From Setoptus koraiensis (Eukaryota > Animalia > Arthropoda): a stretch of 64,000 nt of DNA. The DNA lies in NCBI GenBank assembly GCA_048013815.1, contig CM106585.1:13888001-13952000 (forward strand). Reading direction: 5' to 3'. Both the position numbers and the translations under genes were made by a program. The notes under the pieces were generated by a model. The model was not told where the DNA came from and ran no database searches. It saw nothing but the letters and a program-made list of their open reading frames with translations. This document shows positions 39,641 to 51,630 of this stretch, piece after piece (the first letter of the stretch is position 1; every line of letters starts with the position of its first letter).

Positions 39641-40546
39641 TTAATTTATGTTTTCTTCTTTTTGTTGTAATTCTTGCGTCTCTTTATCTTGCCCAGTTGC
39701 GTCATCAACTGCTTCTTTCTTCTCTGGTGAACTTTTTTCGACCGGGGAAAGTTGTTGTAGTTGATCGAGTCTTGTTGAGGAATCATGCTCTTCTGAGACA
39801 GTGGCTACAAGTTTTTCTAATATTGTAGTTGCTTGGTCACTTGGGGGTGATTCATCATTGAGGGTCGATGATTCGACGGCAGTAGGTGCACTAATATCTA
39901 AATCCATATGATAGTCTGCCATATCATCATCTTTGTGTAAATCATTGTCAAGCTCTGTCTTGATTATATCCTTGGAAATGTGCTCTTCTTTGTCTTCATG
40001 CAATTGAGTATGCCGTGTTTCCGGTACATTGAGTTGCTCAAGTTGACTAGAGTTTAGTTCATCTGACATATGAAGATCGTCGTTGTTTGTTTGATTTCCA
40101 TCAATCAGTTCGGTAATGTTTTGAGAATTTGATTCGAATTGTTCGCCTGTGTTATCGAGCAAAGACGTGTTGTCAGTGGATAAAATATTTTCCTTGTTAT
40201 TGTTGTTGGTATTATTATTAATATTGTTACTATTATCAGAGGTGCCATTGGTATTATTGTTGCTATGAGTAGTGTCGGTGACAACATCGGTCGTATCCAT
40301 TGGCTGGTTGCCGTTACTTTCTGGTAGATTTCCCGCACTAAGTTTGTCCTCGCCAGTGGTTGTTGGCGGGATCTCGGGTTTCTTGGGCTCCGGAATCACG
40401 GGTACCCATTTGAAGATCTTCATTGATGTGTCTCCGATAGCGACCCATTTCTTTTCCCATCTCCTAACCCTGTCAATGGCTTGCATGGCACGTTTGATAT
40501 CATCTTTGGCTCGGCTTCTGGTCTCTGCCCGCACCGATCGCGACAT
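39641..40546 (-). CDS. BCL7: BCL7-like SWI/SNF (BAF) subunit, 301 aa, intronless
   Basis: [50 protein letters not shown] is the BCL7 N-terminal domain; acidic disordered tail follows. Confidence 0.96.
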   Translation of the reverse strand: MSRSVRAETRSRAKDDIKRAMQAIDRVRRWEKKWVAIGDTSMKIFKWVPVIPEPKKPEIPPTTTGEDKLSAGNLPESNGNQPMDTTDVVTDTTHSNNNTNGTSDNSNNINNNTNNNNKENILSTDNTSLLDNTGEQFESNSQNITELIDGNQTNNDDLHMSDELNSSQLEQLNVPETRHTQLHEDKEEHISKDIIKTELDNDLHKDDDMADYHMDLDISAPTAVESSTLNDESPPSDQATTILEKLVATVSEEHDSSTRLDQLQQLSPVEKSSPEKKEAVDDATGQDKETQELQQKEENIN

Positions 40547-41638
40547 GTTGATCGTATTCTGTTAATGAATGTCGGCTATCTAAATTAAAAAGTGTGTACA
40601 ATATGTATGTACGTCAGTAAATATGTAAAAGTGAGAATTTATGATGACAGATTAAATAATAGGATTGGATTGTGAGGAGGGCGCCAAGAAATTAAGCGTG
40701 GATTTTCCGCATCTCGCCGAATATCCAACTCCAATAAAACTAAATTATTCTCGAGCGGGCGATATTCACCGATCTACTGGCCCGTTGTGTTTAAAACAAT
40801 GCTGCGAGAAAATTTCACTAGGGCGGCGCTTCCATGCTCTCCCAGCGCAGCCAGTAGTGAGTGCTAGTACATCCAGGGTCCTTCGAATGGCGAAGCCGGT
40901 AGCAGGCGCTGTGGGCCCTGCGTCGGCTTCAGGGCACGCTTAAGCACGCAGCGAAAAGAAACGTTTGACGGAACACTCGAAGGCTTGTTGTGCGGACGCG
41001 GATACGTTACGAGCGCGCCTAGCGGGATCTATCGGCACCATTTTTTGTAATGCGGTAAGCGCTGCACAGTTCAACGAATCGGTGGCATCATTTTGGCACA
41101 GACGTTGCTTGTGTTTGCATCCGATGCGTTACCAATGCCCGTATACATTTGCACAGAAGAAACGTTTGGCACATTGAAAAACATGGCGGCTGGGCGCATA
41201 TCAACGAGCACGTATAATGGTTTTCTTAAATATTTTGCGGGGGGACAAGATGTAGCTGTTGGTGTTCTGTACGCACAATCTCACCCCCTGTAGAATATTC
41301 ATGAGAACGAGCTGCATGCGCATGGTGCCTATTTTTAAAATGTACCCAGTTGCAATGTTGGCCGCGGGAGGGCGCCATTTCGTGTTACGCTGAACAAGAG
41401 TTACATTGTTGTAGGCACAATGCAACTCTTGCTGCTTGCTAGATGGCTCCCCAAGTGGAAAGTCCAAGAGAAGAACAAGCGACGACTGGATTATCGCTGG
41501 TAGAATCGCTAAAAGAATTGCATTTGATGCTGGCATTTTTTGCGAGAAACTCGCCAGGCGCCCACGGTAGCATTCGAGAGAGCTCAGCCTCATGTCGCCG
41601 ATCAATGCGTGCTGAAAAAATGCGCTATATTCATCGAG

Positions 41639-41710
41639 TCCCGGATAGTATAGTGGTTAGTATCCCTCGCTGTCACCGTGGAGACCCGGGTTCAATTCCC
41701 GGTCCGGGAG
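41639..41710 (+). tRNA. tRNA-Asp (anticodon GTC)
   Basis: Cloverleaf: acceptor TCCCGGA/TCCGGGA, D-arm GTAT-AGTGGTTA-GTAT, anticodon loop CTGTCAC, T-arm CCGGG-TTCAATT-CCCGG, discriminator G, TTTTT terminator just downstream. Confidence 0.93.
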
Positions 41711-44359
41711 AGTTCTTTTTGCTTTTGGTTTGCTGGGGGGGGGTTCCAATGTAAATTGCATGATGCAACGCATCGAGCAATGACATTTGTACATGGCTTG
41801 TGAGATCTCATCATCGGGGCCATCCAATTATAAACAGCGCGACACACTAATAATTGAGCCCATTGATTAGAGAGCCACTTGATGAGAACTATATTTAGCC
41901 ATCCGAGCGAAGCCCTCGCGACTGCTGGCGGTATCAAGATCAGGATATCAAAGGTATATCAGAGAAATGGAGCTAAACGAAACGATCCGCTGCCGGCAAG
42001 CTACCGATTGCCGCGGGCGAAACATGCTCGCAATGAATTGTTTCGTTGGAGTTGCGGCCGCCAGTTACATTGGGACATTACATACACGATGTATGCGAGA
42101 ATGAGCCGGTCGCGTTGGTTTAAATTGGCAGTTGTTGTTAAAATTAGAAACAGGTTGTAGTAATTAATTACTTGTATGCGAGTGTTATTATTGATAGTTT
42201 ACACGTTCGTGCTGGCGAGCGCAACACGATACAGGCTCTATTTGGCCAAAAGCTATAAATTATATAAACGATCCACGATCAGATTGCAACCCTTTCTTGC
42301 ATGACGGCGCTCGTTGTTCGTGATGGCCGCTTGATCATGTCGAACAACATGGTGTCATTTGCTAAAAATTGATACTTTTAACGGGACTCAACTGATAGCT
42401 CAATAGAGCTATCAGTTTGCCTATCAGTTCAGGCGCTCGGGCTGTCGGGGCGCCAAATGGGCATTGTGATGATGGTCCTGCATCATGCAAGCCGGTCAGC
42501 CATTTGCCAGATAATTGCCGCTAATCGAATCGGGGGCTCGCCGCCGCCAATTAACAGCAGTGGCACTACGTGCCCACTTAGTGTTATTCGTCTGTGCTCG
42601 GATTTTCCTGTTTCGAAAACAATTATCCCTTGCCATTTAATGCGCGATCCGCCAATCAGTGTAACAGTATCAGTGTGAGGATGCTCGGCTCACAACAAAG
42701 TGCCTTCAGCATCGACGCAGCTAACGAACTCTATCTAGATCACTCTTATTTGCAGCTTGCTTTATTCAGTTTAGTCAATTAAGCGAGCCAGCCGGCCGGC
42801 CGGCCACGGTCGCACTTATACGGGGCAACAGGAACGTCTACTTATGTAACATAAGTCATGTCTTAACTGGCACTTGTTTGATTAGATATTGTTGTTGCAT
42901 AATGATCATCAGCGTGCTTGTTCGGTTAGTAACGTCAGTCGGCGGGCCAGGTCAGTGAGCCGGTCAGCATGACAGACGTAGCATGACCGAATCTCCAATA
43001 ATGATATTATGTTGTTGATATTGTGCAGTGTGTCTGGAATAAAAATTTTCTAGCGACAATGCGACCAAACGATGCAACAATGCGAGCGGCAGCACAAGTT
43101 GTCAGTTGTTGCAAAATGTCACAAGCAAACACCAAGCGACACCAACAGGTGAAGACAAGCGGTCTATTTGCATAATGCAGAATATGCAAAATATGCAAAC
43201 TGTGGAGTGTGTCATTAGCATAAGCTACCAATTAAGCCGGCCAGAGGAACCATCGCAGCCAATGTGCAGCTCGCAAAAGGCAGGCGAGTTTATTTGTGAG
43301 TGTGCCCAACGGATAACGTCGCCATGCCAACCATTGTGTCTGGCGGAGCGTCTTTTTTGTCGGACGACAACACAGGTATATTGACTTGTCGGCGGGCACT
43401 TGCAGCTCAACAGCTCGAGAGTCTGTTGAGCTGTTGAGTGTGTTTAAATTACAAATTGATGGAGATAATTGCCCGACGATTGCAGCGGTTGTGCCAGCAG
43501 CAGCAGCAGCACCAATCAATTGTGTTGCAACTGCATCATCGCGATGCAACAATAACATCAGTCAGCCGGCCACCACTGGCCAAACTCTGACACAACGGCT
43601 GTTTATTGGTGCACGTCGGTGCTTGCAACTTTCTTACGGCAATAACAATAATAACACACTGTGTTTTATTTTATAATTTACATTTATAACAGTGTGTGTG
43701 CTTTACCGTGTTTGCAAGACGAAATATTTGTTGAGTTGTGACATAATGTCGCCGACATTAGGCGCCCGTCGAGATGCCAGCCGTCCGAGCTGGCCGAGTG
43801 GCCGACTTGTCGGGCCAATCAGAGCGCTGAAAAGCGCATGCCACCATTCAATAACAATTCATCATAATTATAATTTTTTGCGTCGCTCAAATCAACTACG
43901 GGCAAGGCCTAACGGGGCAACCGTTTTCTGGCTCGGGCTTTTTCTTCGCTCGCTTGCCACGACAACGTTGTGCCGCCTCGACACACACACACTTGACACT
44001 CGGCCGTTCTCAGCTAATTATTTGGGCTCGAGTGAGCCGCTGACAATTGCGTTTCGGATGCCATTTCGAGCTGGACTCGCTGGCCCAGTCTCGGCGGCCC
44101 GACAACAGTCGCTTCCAGCGAGCGCCAGCTTCGGCCCGGTTTATGAAACGGTTTACGAGTTGAATTGAGTCTGCGAAAAGTTTTCACTTGGTTTCTTTCA
44201 ATTTCGGCAATTCTTTTCTTTTATTCGTGTGCTATCCGTTGCTTGCAAGCGCACATTTACATTCGCGTTCACATCACATTCATGTAACATTATCGTGAAA
44301 AATACTAATTTAAACAAAAGCAGTGTCCGTCATACACTGTGCAGACCATAATTGCATTA

Positions 44360-44641
44360 TCACACTAATCTGTCGCAATTCTTTTTATTCCAAATGAGCT
44401 TGCCAGTGTCGGCCGGGCGCCTATTGACGATATTCATGGCATATTTGTTGTTAGTTTTGTTGTTGTTGTTGCTGTCGCCCTTGTTCTTCTCAAACGACAC
44501 CAGCCTGTTTATGAACTTGGACTGTTTACCTGTGTCGGCCACCGGCTGCTGGCTGCAAGAGCATCGGGGCCTCTGCGCCACGCAATCGTCGCTGTTGTCG
44601 CTGAGTGTCAGGCCCTCATCGTCATCGTCGCCATCATCGTG

Positions 44642-44674
<33 letters not shown>

Positions 44675-45219
44675 GAGCGACTCCTCTTGGTCGCTCAAGC
44701 TCAGTCCCAAGCTCACCATTTTGGCGCCATCATTATCGTCAATCATTGATCTTCCGTTGCCCGTCGTTATTCTGTTGCGCAATTTGGCCAATTGTGTCGC
44801 CCGTAAACGATGACGCAATTGTTGTTGTTTTGTGCCATTATTATTATTGTGCAATTTGCAGTGATTGCTGACTTGTTGCATCATTGCTCTGTTGTTGTTG
44901 TTGTTGTTGTTGTTTGTGTCGACACTTGCATCGTCGCTGGTGCTTGTATTGACGCTGTCACGCTGTCGCTGCTCTAGTAGCTTGCCGTCGTCCTCGTGGA
45001 CACTGCTACTTCCGCTTGTGGTGTCGCTCGCCTGAACGAACAGGGCGCTCTTGACGGCGGTGCTGGCCAAGCGCTGTTTTTGGGCTATTTTCTGTTGTTG
45101 CTGTTGTTGTTGGTGCTGCTGTTGCTGTTGTTGTTGTAGTCGCGTTTGTTTGGCACACAATATCTGCTGCTGCTGCTGCACGTTGGCCGGCTGCATGTGT
45201 AGTTGCATTTGTAGTTGGT

Positions 45220-45250
<31 letters not shown>

Positions 45251-48200
45251 GCATTGGTGCGTCTCGCCACTTGTGTCCATAACAGCGGCACCCACATTCG
45301 CGAGCACCGCATCCTCGTCTATGTCGTATCTGGCCTGTTGCATCGGGTGCACATGCTGCAAGTGGTGCGCCTGCGGTAGGAACGTATTGACACTTGAGGC
45401 CGCACCAAAGGGCAACTTGCCCCGCGGTATCGGATGATAGTAGCCACTTGGGCACCGGAAGTTGCCGTTCATTTGTTGCTTGTCGGCAGGGTCGCGAAAC
45501 AGCCACGAATTTGAACAGGACACACAATGGCAACACGACCTGTTGAACATGGGCGCTATTGGCTGTTGCTGTTTGTGGGCGAGCTCGCTGGCAAAATTGG
45601 CCTTGTTGTTTTGGTTGTTGGTGCATTGAGTCGGAAGCTTGTTGTTGTTGTTGCAGCTAGAGTTGTTGCCGCCACCGCCGCTACTTCCGGTGCTCGAGGA
45701 TGCCCCAAGGCCGCTGGTGTCGCCCTCTTGGGCGCGCAATTTGCTCTTGTTTTTGTTGTTGCATTTGTTGTTGGCCTTGCTCTTGCGCGCCACCGCCGCC
45801 ATTTGGGCCAACTGTTGCATCTGGCTTATGTGGGCCGCCACTTGACGTTGTTGCAATTTCTGATGGGCCTCCTCCAATTGGTTTTCGCGCGACTGCTGGT
45901 TGTGCAATTGACTGGTTACTTGGTTCTGGCTGTTGTTGGCATTCTGTTGTTGATTGAGCAAATTCTGTATGAGCGAGTCGGAGTGGCCGTCCACTAAGAC
46001 GCCCACGCCTAGATCCACGGGCAGGGGCGCCTGGTGCAGAGGGCGCTGATGGTGTTGTTGTTGTTGGTGCTGCCTGAGCAGCCGCTTGTGCCATTTTATG
46101 ACATCGTGCTGGGCGTCGCGAACATACCAGTAATCGTTGCAATACTGATGACATCTAATACTTATAATGACCACTAGGAGGCACAAAATAATCAGGGCGC
46201 AACACGAGCCAATCAGCACGTACAAGATGCGCTCGCTAGACACGGGCATCTTGTGGTGAGTATCGTTTACATTTGCATTTGAGCTGCTTGATGTTGAATT
46301 GGCTTGCATCGTACCCATTGGGCCCGCGATCTGTAGCCCGTTGTTCAACTTTATCAAGTCGCCCGAATGGTTGCTGCCGGCCCCACCGCTCGGGCCCGGG
46401 CCCACGCCGACGAGCTGCACGCGACCGGCGTGTTTGACCCAGTTTGGCACCGTTTCCGGCTGGCCGGCCGGCCCGGTGCCGCCCGAGGCGTCGGCCGGGC
46501 TGCTGGTCGGCTGCTTTGGCGCTATCATAGTTGGCGTCACCTCGGTGCTGGTAACGGGCACCAGCCGGCCTGCGGGCCGCTCCGCGCTCTCCACCGGGTC
46601 GCCGCTGAGCGCGGGCCGACCCCTGACGCTACCCGACGGCGTGCTGCCGTAGATAATTTCGGCGCCGCCCGAGCTCGCGGGCACCTGAGGAACTTGCAAA
46701 CCGTTGAGAATCATTGACGAGCCAATTGTCGCAATGGGAGGAACTCTTCGGTGCGTCACCACGCCCGCGGCCTGTTGATCGTGGTCGGACTGCTGCTGAT
46801 GCTGCTGTTGTTGTTGTTGCTGTTGTTGTTGTTGCTGCTGCTGTTGCTGAAAGTACAGCTGGTGGTCGTCGTAGTTGTGATTCTTGTAGAAGCGCTGGTG
46901 CGGGGCGGCCGGCCGGGCCGTCGTGGAGCCGCTCGGGCCGTCGGCCGGGTCGTTGTGCTGCTGAGCGGCCGACAACAAGTTTGGCGGAAACAAATTCGGT
47001 ATGGAAATTGGCGCCGGAAGCGCCTGTTGATGCTGTTGCTGCTGCAATTGACGCGAGCTCTGGTGCATGATCGAGCTGGCAATCGTCGACCACTTGCCCC
47101 GGAGCGGACCGCTACCCGACTGCGGTCTGTGCAACTGGCTCCCGCTGGCGCCGGTCCCGTTGACGCTCACCGCTGACGGGTTTGTCTTGGTCGCTTGCCG
47201 GGCCCTGATTGGCGGCGGTCCCGCGCCCTCGTCCAAATCGTCGCCGTCGCCCAGGTTACTGGAGCTGCCTTTGGTGTTGCTTTTGGCATTGGCCGCTAGT
47301 TGGTCGGTGTGCTGCCGCTTGTGATCCCCTTGGCCAGTCCTCTTGGCGTCGTCGCCACTCGGCCATTTCGGCAAGCTAGACAAGCGCCACGTGCTCGGCA
47401 CCACAACGTGGCTAGTTATGTCGCCCGTGGACGAGTCGAAACGCTGACCGGCAGAGGCGCTGCGATTGTGCCCGGACAAGTGTTCGTCCTTCTTCGACTT
47501 TCGTATTATCACATGGCCGTCGTCGTCGTCGTCGTCGTTGTTGTCCGCCCAAGGCTGGTCTTGCTGCTCTGGCACGGACGACGACGACGACTTTATGTGA
47601 TAGTCAATCACGGGCCCGCTAACAATTTCCAGCCGCTCGTCGCCACCTACGCTGGCGCCACTGGCGGAAGAGCCACCAACAGCTGGTGAGGCACCCTTGA
47701 GGCGCGCTTTTTTGCGCAATTTCTCTATGAGAAGCAAATTGGAGGGTTGCGAGAAGTAACTGCTCTTAGCGCCGCTCGAGGCGCCCTTGGTGTTGGGGAT
47801 GGCCGGCGGCGTGTCGAGCGAGTGCTGATCGGGCGGCTCAGTGTGCACCACCTTGCTCGCTTGTTTTGGGGGCCCCGACATAGAGGGCGTTGTGGGCGCC
47901 GGAGTATCGTCGTCGTAGTGCACATATTCCAGCGACACTGTCGTTGTGGAGCGGTTCGCGTTCGTTGTGGCCTGGCCCCAATTGTAACTGTCACTGTCGC
48001 TGTCAGTGTGGTTGTTGCTGGGTGCCTGTTGGCCGGCGTTGGCGGGCCTCATGACGACCCGCACCGCAGCGCCGTTGCCTGGTTTGTTGTTGTGCGGGCG
48101 CCCTCTATGCTGGCCCCGCGACATCAACAAATTGCTGCTGGGCGCCGGATAAACAAAGTGCGGCATCACCGGCTTATATATGGGCCTGATGGGCGAGTCC

Positions 48201-50429
48201 AAATGAACAATGTCGTGAATGGTGGGTATTCGCCGGCCGAATTTGGGCCCCTGCGCGCCCGCTTGCTGTTCGTGGAGGCGCTGCGACGATTCGAGCAGCG
48301 CAAACGGGTTGTTGTTGTTGTTGCTGTTGTTGCGGCTGTTGTTGTTGTTCGTAGATTGTGCATACGAGGGCGCGTGAGTTGTTGTCGGCGTGATTGCGGG
48401 GGCGGACGTGGGCGCCGGCGTTGTGCTGGAAAAGCTGGCCGTCGTGACCGAGGGCGCCTCGCCTGTCGGCTGGCCACTGTTGACAGTGGGCACGGGCAGC
48501 GACAACGGAACGGCGCTTGTTGTTGTTGTTGTAGACGACTGATTTATTTGGGGCGCCGGCGACAACAGAGCGGCCGGAAATCGCGTCACCAGCGCCGTTG
48601 TGGTGGAATGGTGCGGATCGATGGAGAAGGGGCCCACGGTGAGCGTTGTGCCGGTCAGATCGTCTTGTTCGTCGTCGTCGGAGCCAGTGTAAGTGATGTA
48701 ATCGCCACTGTCGGTGGCGCCATTGACTGTCAGCGGCGACGACGGATCGTGCTCTTCCTCGTACTCGTAGGTCACCCGTACGGGTGTCACCGGTTGCTGC
48801 TCGGCGGCGCTTGCCGGCGTCGAGGCCGCCTGATTGTTTAGGTTGTTGCTTAGGTTGTTGTTTAGGTTGTTGCTTGGGTTGTTGAACTGGGCCTGATCGA
48901 AGGCCGGCTTCGGGGTCACCTGGGCCGTCGGCTGTTGCTTCGAATAGTGCTGCTGTTGTTGTTGCTGGTGCAATATGGCCGCGATCAGCTGATCGTTGGT
49001 GAGCAGTTTCGAGTCGCCGTCGTGCTTCATTTTGTCGACGGCGCCGCCCAGCTCGCCGGGCCCACTCATGGTGAACGTGCCCAGATCGAACTCGTTCTTG
49101 ATCAGCTGATCTATCTGACTCAGGCCCTTTTCGGTGTCGTCGAAATCGTCGCTGGCCCCGCTCGTGATTATCACCTGTTGGTCTCGCTGTTTGTGGTTGT
49201 TGTGGTTGTTGCTTGGCTGTTGCATTTGCTTGCTTGCGGACAGCGACTGCTCGAGCCGCTTTAGTTGCACGCCGATCGAGGGCAGCACCAGCAGTTGTTG
49301 CTTGCTGCTGTTGTTGCCGGTTTGCAGGTTGTTGCTGGTTTGCAGGTTGTTGCTGTTGGTTTGCTGGTTGCTGTTGGTTTCTAGTGGCTTGAATGGCACG
49401 TAATTGATAGATGTCGCTTGCTGCAGCGGAAACAGGGGCCGCCTGAAGGAATTCAAAATGTAATCCTCGTGTTGGCCAGACTGAAGGGTGTACGATTTGT
49501 TGCTGGCCGGCGCGCTTGCCGCTAGAATTGCGTCGCGGACGTGAGTTGACTGCTGATGCTGATTGCTTGGCACGATGTTGTTGACTTGTGACGAGCTGGC
49601 CACTAATCTATTTACAGACTGATTGTGGGGCCCGCCGACGACCACGGGCTTCGCGATGGGCTTTATGATGGGCGTGGTGGTGGCGCCCGCGAAGTGGTAA
49701 TTCATTTGTTGTTGGCGCTGTTGTTGCTGCTGCTGTTGTTGCTGTTGCATCTGGTTGGCCAGTTGTTGCAACAACAACTTGGACGAGTCCAGCAAGCGCA
49801 ACCTTGGCCGTTGCAACAACAACAACCGGTTGTTGTCATTTTGTTGCTCCTTTTGTGTCTGCTCAAATAGCAGCGCTGATGGCCTCTGAGATTGAGATAT
49901 TTGTAGTTGTTGTTGTTGTTGTTGTTGGTGCTGCCGCAGAGTGGCCAGCGGATGATTGAGCATCAGCTGGGCGCCCACCAAATCGGCAAGGCAGCCGGCC
50001 AACAAGCAGCAACACACCACAATCAGCTGCTTGCTTCTGTGAGCCCACTGGGGCCCACTTTGGCGAGCCACTCTACAGCTGGTTGTGGTGTGATTGTTGC
50101 AACCGGAAATTGTGTGATTGTTGCAACTGAAAATTGTGTTTTTGTTGCAAGTGAACACATGATTGAAATGATGATTGATGCTGAGGTGACTTGAGATGGC
50201 GACGATAACGAAATAGTAGTAATAAATAAGTTTGTTTGTATCGATTGTTGTTTGTTTTTCACTAGTATCATTATTGTTAATTGTAATCTTCTTTTTCTTC
50301 TTGCACCATTCACCAGCAGCACTCCTGCCAAGAGTCTCGTCGACAGTCTTGCCGAGCCGCTGTGTTGCTGTTGTTGCTGCTGTCGTTGTTGTTGTTGTTG
50401 TCGTTGTTGTTGTTGCTGTCGTTGTTGTT

Positions 50430-50460
<31 letters not shown>

Positions 50461-50671
50461 TTGTTGCTGTCGCTGTTGTTGTTGTGGTGCCTCTGTTGTG
50501 GTCATGGCTACTTCCGGCGATGGCAGTGGAGCAATTGCTGTTGTTGTTGTAGCACCTTTTTCGCGTTGCGTCATTTGCATTGAATCTCGTTGCGCGTTGT
50601 CGCTTGGTTGCGTCTCGTGCCAACAACTTGCCAGCTTCACATCGAGGCCACCAATTGGCTGACCAGCGCAT
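44360..50671 (-). CDS. Very large low-complexity single-pass membrane protein of unknown family (2103-codon ORF, true start uncertain)
   Basis: 6.3 kb stop-free frame; signal-peptide-like LIVVCCCLLAGCLADLVGA near residues 215-235; TM helix ILYVLIGSCCALIILCLLVVIISI near residues 1481-1503 followed by Cys/basic residues; no globular domain recognised. Confidence 0.75.
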
Positions 50672-51270
50672 GGTCAGACGGGCTGCATCACATAATAGTG
50701 GGCCCGTGGTAGTCGTTTGTTGTTGGCACTTGTTGTTTGTTTGCTGTTGCGGTTGCTGTTGCTGTTGCTATAATCTGCTCACAAGTCTCATGTGACGTCT
50801 GAATTATCTGATACAAATCTGATTTGTTGATCGTTCCCCTTTGGCTTCTCATCAATTTGCGGCAGCTTGTGCAGATTGTTTGCTGTTTGTGTTGGCTTCG
50901 CGGGCACATAATTCTATTCTTCTCTCGAGCTGTCTGTTCTTTTCTATTTGATCTGTGCGGATAAGCGAAACTATTGCGCAATTATTGCATGATCTGCATA
51001 CTGATGATATTGCAACTATCGACACGCTGCAACTGTTGACTTTCTCTCGTATTGAGCCGACTCGGCCACGACCATATGCAAATCACACAGCCAACGCAAG
51101 TTACGTTACGTAACGTTGTGTCTCTATCGACTGCTCACCACTGACTGCCGCTGCTGTCGTTGTTGCCGTTGTTGTCGCTGTTGTTGTTGCTGTCGTTGTT
51201 GTCGTCGCTGTTGCTGGCGACTCGAGTGAATCGGCCGCATATCCCGGCGCACAATGCTCACGCCCGTACC

Positions 51271-51360
51271 GTTAGTCGCCGTTAGTCGCCGTCAGTTGCC
51301 GTTAGTCGCCGTTAGTCGCCGTCAGTTGCCGTCAGTTGCCGTTGGTCGCCGTTGGTTGCG
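51271..51360. repeat. 10-bp minisatellite with higher-order pattern A A B A A B B C D
   Basis: A=GTTAGTCGCC, B=GTCAGTTGCC, C=GTTGGTCGCC, D=GTTGGTTGCG. Confidence 0.92.
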
Positions 51361-51489
51361 CAAGCCGACGCGTCCAGTGTGTCGATAGTTGCAGTTGCAT
51401 GTTGCCAACTTGTTCGCCGCAGCCCAGCTTTAATAGGCGATCTCAAGAGAGCCGTTGCTACTGTTGCCGTTGCGAACAGCTCACAGCAA

Positions 51490-51551
51490 CAACTTGCTGT
51501 TGTTGTTGTTGTTGTTGCTGTTGCTGTTGCTGTTGCTGTTGTTGTTGTTGT

Positions 51552-51602
<51 letters not shown>

Positions 51603-51630
51603 TTGCTGTTGTTGTTGTTGTTGTTTGCTG
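51490..51630. repeat. Compound (GTT)n/(GCTGTT)n microsatellite
   Basis: Read directly from sequence. Confidence 0.9.

Noticed and set aside
41443-41754. ORF spanning the tRNA-Asp gene
   Set aside because: Incidental translation across a bona fide tRNA
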